A stretch of 32,000 nucleotides of DNA from Candidatus Methylomirabilis oxygeniifera (GTDB lineage Bacteria; Methylomirabilota; Methylomirabilia; Methylomirabilales; Methylomirabilaceae), in NCBI GenBank assembly GCA_000091165.1, contig FP565575.1, forward strand, positions 1,050,001 through 1,082,000, given 5' to 3'. The notes beneath the pieces were generated by a model that saw only the letters and a list, made by a program, of their open reading frames with translations, was not told the origin of the DNA and searched no databases. The translations under genes and the position numbers were made by a program. Shown one piece after another: positions 1 to 5,991 of this stretch; position 1 is the first letter of the stretch; each line of letters begins with the position of its first letter.

Positions 1-207
1 GGCACGGATTGCATTGACCCGAATGTCCGCCTCCTTTTTCGCGAAGCGGAATGTCTCTCGCAGAACGCGGTCGAGCTCGGACAGGATGAAAGGGGAGATG
101 AACAGCTCGATTTCTCCTCTGCGGATGCGATACAGGATTTGATCCGGCTTGCTCCCCGGGAAAGCCAGGGCGGAGATCAAGACATTGGTGTCAAGGACAA
201 TCCGCAT
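1..207 (-). CDS. PIN-domain toxin (VapC-like), 3' end truncated by window edge
   Basis: Manual reverse-strand translation MRIVLDTNVLISALAFPGSKPDQILYRIRRGEIELFISPFILSELDRVLRETFRFAKKEADIRVNAIRA...; typical PIN start (DTNVLIS) and SPFILSEL motif; directly follows the RHH antitoxin. Confidence 0.85.
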   Translation of the reverse strand, partial: MRIVLDTNVLISALAFPGSKPDQILYRIRRGEIELFISPFILSELDRVLRETFRFAKKEADIRVNAIRA

Positions 208-219
208 GGTGTGGTGGGC

Positions 220-456
220 TTATTTGCGGACCGCGTGCACGATTCGATCCACATCCTCCTCCGTTCTGATTCCGAGCGCCTGGGCGTGGAGGGCGGTCTT
301 GCGCTGAAGTTTCCGCCAGCGTTGGTCCTCAAGGTACAGGCGCAAGGCTTCCCGGAGGAGTTCGCTCTTCGTTCGATTTTCCTCCTTGGCTGTTCGTTCG
401 GCCTCTCTGCTGAGCTTAGGCGGAAGCGAAATAGTCCATGTCTTGGTGGTGCGCAT
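220..456 (-). CDS. Ribbon-helix-helix antitoxin (CopG/RHH family)
   Basis: MRTTKTWTISLPPKLSREAERTAKEENRTKSELLREALRLYLED... classic RHH beta strand + two helices; SD-like aggaggtgac upstream; paired with PIN ORF. Confidence 0.85.
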   Translation of the reverse strand: MRTTKTWTISLPPKLSREAERTAKEENRTKSELLREALRLYLEDQRWRKLQRKTALHAQALGIRTEEDVDRIVHAVRK

Positions 457-480
457 CGTGTCACCTCCTGTTCGGTTGAA

Positions 481-520
481 TCTTACTTAGTAAGATATGA
501 TGTTATTACAGAGATGTCAA
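481..520 (-). promoter_or_regulatory. Sigma70-type promoter with overlapping palindromic operator for the RHH/PIN module
   Basis: On the minus strand TTGACA (515-520) - 17 nt - TATCTT (492-497); perfect palindrome TCTTACT-T-AGTAAGA at 481-495 overlaps the -10. Confidence 0.7.
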
Positions 521-621
521 GGGGGTCAGTATAGTCTGATGCTCCATTCGAGAGTCTGAGTATGGCACGAGGGCTAGGGAGCGGTCGGATGGCTGGGGGG
601 CGCGGAGCCGAAGGCGATGGG

Positions 622-2079
622 CTACGCGGGACGGACGTGGCGGCGCAGGGCGAGGAGGCCGCCGCCGACCAGGAGCGCGACCATGGCAAGCTGCGCCCAC
701 TCCGACAGGGTGGGAATCGCCTGAGTCCCGACGGCAGTCAGCGTGACATCGTTGCTGCCCACGTACGAAATGTGGAATTGCGTGCTGCCGACCGTGAACG
801 TCGCGCCCTCGGGCAATCCGGCGAACGTTCCCGTCACGGCGTCGGTACTGTCATTGTTGATGATCGTGAACACTTGCCCTGCTGTCGGCGTGAAGCCGAG
901 GACCACGTTCAGCGTGGCGCCACCGAGGGTCACCGTCCCCGTCACGTTGACCTGGTCGTACTGCGTCCCGACCGTGGGGCCGTTGATCTCGATGGTCAGC
1001 GTGCTGCCGGAAGTCAGCGTCAGGTTGCCGGTGTTCATGATCCCGGTCGAAAGCCCGGGGCCCAGTGTGCCGCCGTTGTTCACGGTCACGGCATTGAACG
1101 TGCCCGTGCCGCCGAGCGTGCCGCCCGAGTTCACCGTCACCGGCGAGGCGATCGACCCGTTGACCGCGAGCGTCCCCGCGTTCACGGTCGTGGCGCCGGT
1201 GTAGGTGTTCGCGCCCGAGAGCGTCAGCGTGCCGGTGCCGGCCTTGGTCAGCGCCGCCGCGCCGCCGCTGTTCTGATACACGCCGGAGAAGGTGGTGCTG
1301 GTGTTGTCGCCGCCGACGGTCAGCGCGTTGCTGCCGTTCATAAATACGTTGCCGCCCCCGGCCAGCGAGCCGATGGTGCTGGCGGCCTGGAAGAGCGCGC
1401 TGCCGTTGACGGTGAGCGCGCTGCTGGTCGGGACGGCACCATTGACATCAAATCGGACGCGTGCGGTGCCACTAACGGTGGTCGCGCCGGTGTACGAGTT
1501 GACGGTGAGGAGCTGGAGGCCGTCGGTTGGCCCCGTGCTCGATAGCGTAAGAGGACCCGTTCCAGTGATGGCGCCTGTGAAATGCAAAGCGTCGGCATTG
1601 CCGCCTGAGGTAGCCAGCGAGAAGGTGGTCGAGCCGTTAAGTGTCACCCCAGGAACACTGTCAGCCGGGCTGGTGTTGGCGTTATTGAAGGTATCGGTGA
1701 TGGTGCCGCCGCTTTGGAGCACGATCGGGCCGCCGGCAATTGCCAGGATGCCGCCACCGCCGTTGCAGGAATTCATCGTGAGGGAATGCAGTTGAACTGT
1801 GGACGGCAGATCGTAATTCGTGGGACACGCGGCCCCGCCCGCCCCTTGGCTCATATCGATGACGACATCGTCGCCTGTCCCCGGCGCGCCCGCCGGAGTC
1901 CAGCAGGCGCTGGTTGACCAGTTCGAGCCCAAAGGACAGCCACCGACACTGCCATTCAGGTTTTTGGTGGCGGCGAAGGCTGGCGTGGGAGGCAGCAATA
2001 GCAGGATGAAAAGCGCCGGAAAAGCTGCAACGGGCCGGGCGAACGCAATGATTGCGAGAAACGCGTGACGACACATCAT
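622..2079 (-). CDS. Secreted passenger-repeat protein with C-terminal IPTL-CTERM sorting signal
   Basis: 485 aa; N-terminal signal peptide; repeats such as GTLTLSGANTYTGATTVNAGTLAVNG (autotransporter-associated beta-strand type); C-terminus AIPTLSEWAQLAMVALLVGGGLLALRRH. Confidence 0.85.
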   Translation of the reverse strand: MMCRHAFLAIIAFARPVAAFPALFILLLLPPTPAFAATKNLNGSVGGCPLGSNWSTSACWTPAGAPGTGDDVVIDMSQGAGGAACPTNYDLPSTVQLHSLTMNSCNGGGGILAIAGGPIVLQSGGTITDTFNNANTSPADSVPGVTLNGSTTFSLATSGGNADALHFTGAITGTGPLTLSSTGPTDGLQLLTVNSYTGATTVSGTARVRFDVNGAVPTSSALTVNGSALFQAASTIGSLAGGGNVFMNGSNALTVGGDNTSTTFSGVYQNSGGAAALTKAGTGTLTLSGANTYTGATTVNAGTLAVNGSIASPVTVNSGGTLGGTGTFNAVTVNNGGTLGPGLSTGIMNTGNLTLTSGSTLTIEINGPTVGTQYDQVNVTGTVTLGGATLNVVLGFTPTAGQVFTIINNDSTDAVTGTFAGLPEGATFTVGSTQFHISYVGSNDVTLTAVGTQAIPTLSEWAQLAMVALLVGGGLLALRRHVRPA

Positions 2080-2147
2080 TTCTCCTCTCCCACCATAGCA
2101 AACTTCAGCGCAGCCGAGGGGTCACCACGATTCGGCCGCTTGATCGT

Positions 2148-3215
2148 TCAGGTCGCAGAGCCTATTAGAATATCTGGCTCAATCAGAACAAGCGCCTCTT
2201 CTGGCGCGTGCCCATGAAATCGCCCAAAATCAGCTGGACCAAGTATGTTGGCGACTTGTCTTACTATCAGCCCAGCATAAAAGTTAAAAGCGTAAGCGAC
2301 GCATCTTGCCTCAGATTCGCTCATTGATTTGGCAGGCAGCGATGCCGGGGTGAATTTCGCCCCTTTCCCGAGGAGCCTGTCCAAGGTCGCGCGAGCCGGG
2401 GCATGCACCTTCGTCCAAAATGCGATCAACTCTCTGAGTTTTGCCGAATCGATGCCTCGGCCATAATATTGAACTGACAGTTCTATCTCTTGGATGGTCC
2501 TCTTATGCATCACTTGCTGAATCTCGAAGATGTCGTCGGCAGTCCATTCCTCTCGTGCCCTGGAGTCGACCGGCTTGGCGTGGAGTTCTGCCAATGCTTG
2601 CAGATATTCGCGTGTTTCGGGATCCACCTCCGAAGACATGGCCATGCCAGCATTGCAGCTGGATCTTATGACGCTCCAGTCGATAACATCCCACACCTGC
2701 ACAGCGAGTCCTGCAAGGTACAGAGGGAGCCCAAACAGAGCAAGAATCCCTACTGGCACTAGTTCTCCATAAACTCCAAAGAGGAGGGTCATCGCCACGG
2801 CGCCTTTAGCATCCTTCGTTGTGAGTCCAGTCCCGTAAAGAATGCGGTTTGCCAGTTGATGACAGACGCCATTGATCGCATAGACGATTCCAGCCTGTGC
2901 TGGGATCCCCATAAACTTACCTACCTCCCTGCCGCCAATACAGCTCGCCTTGCCTGTGTCGCCCTGTACTTTGCCCAGCTCCCGGGCATTGCTTGGAGGA
3001 GTGTATACTCCATTTTTCCACCGGGCATGGTCACAGTAGTACGAGTCCGGTGGGGTGTCGGCACTTGTAAGGGAGGCCGTCCCAAATCGGCATCCATCAC
3101 AATAGCCTTCTGCTCCTGATTTTCCGTCTCCAGTGACCCAAGTGTGCTCGCCAATGGCCCGGTCGTATATGACATCACCGAGTGGAATAGCCCAAGCATG
3201 CATAGTATCTCCCAT
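2148..3215 (-). CDS. Uncharacterised 355-aa protein containing a central hydrophobic segment and a GVCHQLANRILYGTG motif
   Basis: ORF track gives 3329 as start; ATG at 3215 (MGDTMHAW) has a perfect AAAGGAGG Shine-Dalgarno, so the start is reassigned; family not recognised. Confidence 0.6.
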   Translation of the reverse strand: MGDTMHAWAIPLGDVIYDRAIGEHTWVTGDGKSGAEGYCDGCRFGTASLTSADTPPDSYYCDHARWKNGVYTPPSNARELGKVQGDTGKASCIGGREVGKFMGIPAQAGIVYAINGVCHQLANRILYGTGLTTKDAKGAVAMTLLFGVYGELVPVGILALFGLPLYLAGLAVQVWDVIDWSVIRSSCNAGMAMSSEVDPETREYLQALAELHAKPVDSRAREEWTADDIFEIQQVMHKRTIQEIELSVQYYGRGIDSAKLRELIAFWTKVHAPARATLDRLLGKGAKFTPASLPAKSMSESEARCVAYAFNFYAGLIVRQVANILGPADFGRFHGHAPEEALVLIEPDILIGSAT

Positions 3216-3344
3216 ATCGTGCCTCCTTTTGTGTTTTGTGAGACTCCTCTCCTCTACAAAGTTTAGCCTTCTGACTCCACAGGTAGACCTGGCCACGCTG
3301 CGTAAGATCACCCCAGGAGGGATAGGCATTTTAAATCATCGGGG

Positions 3345-3677
3345 TCAGGTCTTGAATCTTGAATCATGCGATACCTTCTGCTTGATCACTTTGCTCACCG
3401 ACGAGTGATGAAGCCCCAGATGCGTCGCGATCGCCGCCTGCGAGTAGCCGTGCCGCAGCGCTGCCTTCACGATCGCCCGGTTCCGCTCGCCTCGATTGAA
3501 CGACCCTTTAGCTCTCAGGTTAATCGGGTCGCGACAATAGAAGAAGAACGTAATGCTGGGATCGCGCATGGCGATGCGCTGCGCACCGGCCGGGGTACAG
3601 TTCGGGACCCGCTTCTTGAGGTTGGACCAGTTGGCACCCTGATACTGGGCGACGTTGGGGGCTTTTGTGAAGGCCAT
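3345..3677 (-). CDS. Composite hypothetical protein: short N-terminal domain fused to C-terminal HTH tail resembling Y1/IS200-like (REP-associated) transposases
   Basis: ATG 3677 with aaGGAGGatt SD; C-terminus RGERNRAIVKAALRHGYSQAAIATHLGLHHSSVSKVIKQKVSHDSRFKT; terminal DNA ttcaagattcaagacctgacccc. Confidence 0.5.
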   Translation of the reverse strand: MAFTKAPNVAQYQGANWSNLKKRVPNCTPAGAQRIAMRDPSITFFFYCRDPINLRAKGSFNRGERNRAIVKAALRHGYSQAAIATHLGLHHSSVSKVIKQKVSHDSRFKT

Positions 3678-4178
3678 CGAATCCTCCTTCAAACACCGCT
3701 GATCGTCGTACTATCGCGTCGCCCGTGACGTGAGCCACGCCGCATTGAAGCCATTGGTGTCGACGGTGCCGCCGCCCGCGTTGAGCGTCACGCCGGCCGG
3801 CCTCGCCAACGCGCCGGCAATTCGTCGCGGCTGCGCCCCTTGGGCACGAGACAGTCGTCCGCACCCTATGCGGTGGGGGGGGGCGTGTCAAGGCAAAAGT
3901 GAGCAGCGCCAATGCGGCCTGCCTGACAGCGGCCGGTCACGCGCATCAGCACGGCATCTGAGCCGAACGATCACTGCATAGCGAGTGCTGCGAACGGCTC
4001 AGATGGTATCAGACTGGGGGCGGGGTTACTGGCCGGCGCGGGCACGATGCCTCAGCGATGTTTCACTACGGGAGGCGCCGGGAGAGGCCATGCGACGGGG
4101 TGCGACATGGCCTGACCGGATCAGGGGACCCAGCGTGAGGCAGGATCAGACGCGACCCCCTTTCATCCCGCTTTTTCC

Positions 4179-4207
4179 TTGACATCCTCGCGGGGAAGAC
4201 CACAATA
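4179..4207 (+). promoter_or_regulatory. Possible sigma70 promoter upstream of DUF4258/YgiT-type module
   Basis: TTGACA at 4179-4184; weak -10 (CACAAT/ACAATA) 16-17 nt downstream. Confidence 0.3.
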
Positions 4208-4274
4208 ACCTTCAACGTTGCCACGTTATAGATGTTGCTTCTGCGGGCGTTCATCTCATGGTGGCCAAAGAACT

Positions 4275-4589
4275 GTGACCATTCAGGACCTCATCGAAGC
4301 GATTCGCCGGCATCGCATACGTATCACAGACCACGCTGATGAGGAGGCGCAGGCCGACCGCTTGTCTTTTGAAGAGACGTTCTACAGCGTATTCCAAGGC
4401 GAGATCATTGAAGAGTATCCTGAAGACAAGCCATACCCGAGCTGTCTGGTCCATGGCGAAAGTTTCAAGGGCGAACCGATTCACAGCGTTTGGGCGTATA
4501 ATAGCACCAACGGGTAGGCGGTCTTGATTACGGTATATCGACCTGCCCCGGAACGATGGATCAACTGGCGTGTCAGGAGAAAGACATGA
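4275..4589 (+). CDS. DUF4258-type toxin interrupted by an in-frame TAG at 4515-4517 (nonsense allele, readthrough, or sequence error)
   Basis: GTG start; VTIQDLIEAIRRHRIRITDHADEEAQADRLSFEETFYSVFQGEIIEEYPEDKPYPSCLVHGESFKGEPIHSVWAYNSTNG[TAG]AVLITVYRPAPERWINWRVRRKT then TGA; family-like C-terminus continues in the same frame. Confidence 0.7.
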
Positions 4590-4828
4590 TGCCGTTCAAC
4601 AAATGCCCGATCTGCGGTGGCGAATTAGTGGAAAAAGACGTGGAAAAGCTGCTCAAAGGTGGCGTACATACTGCGGTATTGCAGGTACGCGCCGAGGTGT
4701 GTTTACGGTGTGGCGAGCGACTGTACTCCGAGGAAACGGTCAGGCGCTTTGAGCAGGTGCGGCGCAAACTCGAGCGACACGACGTCGAAGGGTTTCAACC
4801 ATTGGGTCGATCGTTCCATGTTGCGTAG
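4586..4828 (+). CDS. YgiT-type zinc finger antitoxin
   Basis: MMPFNKCPICGGELVEKDVEKLLKGG...EVCLRCGERLYSEETVRRFEQV; two CxxC knuckles; SD AGGAG 4575-4579; ATGA overlap with upstream frame. Confidence 0.8.
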   Translation: MMPFNKCPICGGELVEKDVEKLLKGGVHTAVLQVRAEVCLRCGERLYSEETVRRFEQVRRKLERHDVEGFQPLGRSFHVA

Positions 4829-4973
4829 GCCGGAGCGAAGTTGTCGAAGCGGTCTGGTCATCGTCATGGCTCTCCGTCCGTCTCACACGCTCTGTTAGCG
4901 CCGTCCTGGCGCCTTCCCCCGCGAAAGCTTGTTCCGCGCGACGAGGTATCCCGTGGCCGGCCGGTCTGCGTGG

Positions 4974-5081
4974 CTACTTGCCGGCGCGGGCGCGCAACTC
5001 CTTCAGCGCCGACTCCAGCCGTTTGACCTCTTCGCTGTAGCCGGCGAAATTGCCCTGTCGAAGCAGCTCCTGCGCCTGCGT
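4974..5081 (-). pseudogene. Remnant of UPF0182-family gene 3' end (duplicate of 5992-6099)
   Basis: Encodes AQELLRQGNFAGYSEEVKRLESALKELRARAGK* versus AQDLLRQGNFAGYGDEVKRLESALKELRTRAGK* of the intact gene; 108 bp without indels, about 14 mismatches by hand count. Confidence 0.85.
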
Positions 5082-5301
5082 GCGGAACATTCACTTGCAA
5101 ACTGAGGGTGGGCACGTGTAGGAGGATCGCGTGCTGCTCCGTACTCCTGGTAGGGCAGTTGGGCGGGCAAAGCGACGCATAAATCCGCTTCGCTGTGACT
5201 TCGCTGCAGTATGCAAGGCAGTACCGCCGCTGAGTGAACTTCGAGATTGCCAACCCTGGTACGGTGTGGTATTCACAGTAGAGAAAAAAGGGAGGTGAGC
5301 G

Positions 5302-5526
5302 ATGCCGAGGCCAAGCCCGCTTGGGAAAATTGAAAAAGAGATCGAAAGGCTTTCTCCGAAGGATCAGCTCAAGCTGGTGGAGAAGCTCGCTCATCAGTTG
5401 ACAAAGACCGGAATTGCGGCGAGGAAAGAGCTGGACTGGAAGCGTCTGTACGGTCTTGGCAAAGGACTCTGGAAAGGTGAGGACGCTCAGGCCTACGTGA
5501 ATCGCCTGAGAGAGGATCGGATGTGA
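5302..5526 (+). CDS. Putative VapB-like antitoxin
   Basis: 74 aa small charged ORF with GGGAGGTGAGCG SD; stop overlaps start of PIN-domain gene (ATGTGA). Confidence 0.65.
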   Translation: MPRPSPLGKIEKEIERLSPKDQLKLVEKLAHQLTKTGIAARKELDWKRLYGLGKGLWKGEDAQAYVNRLREDRM

Positions 5527-5927
5527 CGCTTTCGGACGAGCTTACCGGGATCGACAGCATCTTCATTGACACAGCCCCGATCATCTACTACATAGAAGCC
5601 CACCCGGAATTTGGCCACCTGGCTAAAGAGGTCGTCACCGCTTTTCAATCCGGACATCTCACCGCCTACTCCTCAGTCATGACCCTCGCTGAGGTCCTAC
5701 CTCGACCGATCGAGCGCGGAGACGAGAAGCTTGCCAGGACATTCGCCGACTTCCTCAAGCATGGGAAGCGGCTGACCATGGTCGAGATCTCCGAAGAAAT
5801 AGCTGAGTCTGCCGGCAAGTTGAGAGGCCGTTACCCTGCCCTCAGGACTGTTGATGCCGTGCAGATTGCGGCCGCTCTGGAAACCGGTTCTCACGCCTTC
5901 CTGGCAAATGATATGCGATTGAAATAG
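5523..5927 (+). CDS. PIN-domain toxin (VapC-like)
   Basis: GTG start; FIDTAPIIYYIE, LAEVLPRP, TVDAVQIAAAL, FLANDMRL acidic PIN residues all present. Confidence 0.85.
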   Translation: MTLSDELTGIDSIFIDTAPIIYYIEAHPEFGHLAKEVVTAFQSGHLTAYSSVMTLAEVLPRPIERGDEKLARTFADFLKHGKRLTMVEISEEIAESAGKLRGRYPALRTVDAVQIAAALETGSHAFLANDMRLK

Positions 5928-5991
5928 ATCACCGATATAAAGGTTCTCGTCCTGAAAGATTATCTCTGAACTCCTCTGTCTCGCTGTGCCC

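Noticed and set aside
562-1545. 327-aa plus-strand ORF opposite the IPTL-CTERM gene
   Set aside because: Antisense to a repeat-rich coding sequence; no start context or recognisable domain.
3520-3981. ORFs 3520..3912 (-) and 3730..3981 (+)
   Set aside because: No SD or family resemblance; Arg-rich GC-driven open frames in a decayed intergenic segment.
4085-4125. Hairpins AGGCCATG...CATGGCCT (4085-4113) and CCTGA-CCGGA-TCAGG (4111-4125)
   Set aside because: No T-run, no gene end nearby and no recurrence seen; likely chance in GC-rich sequence.
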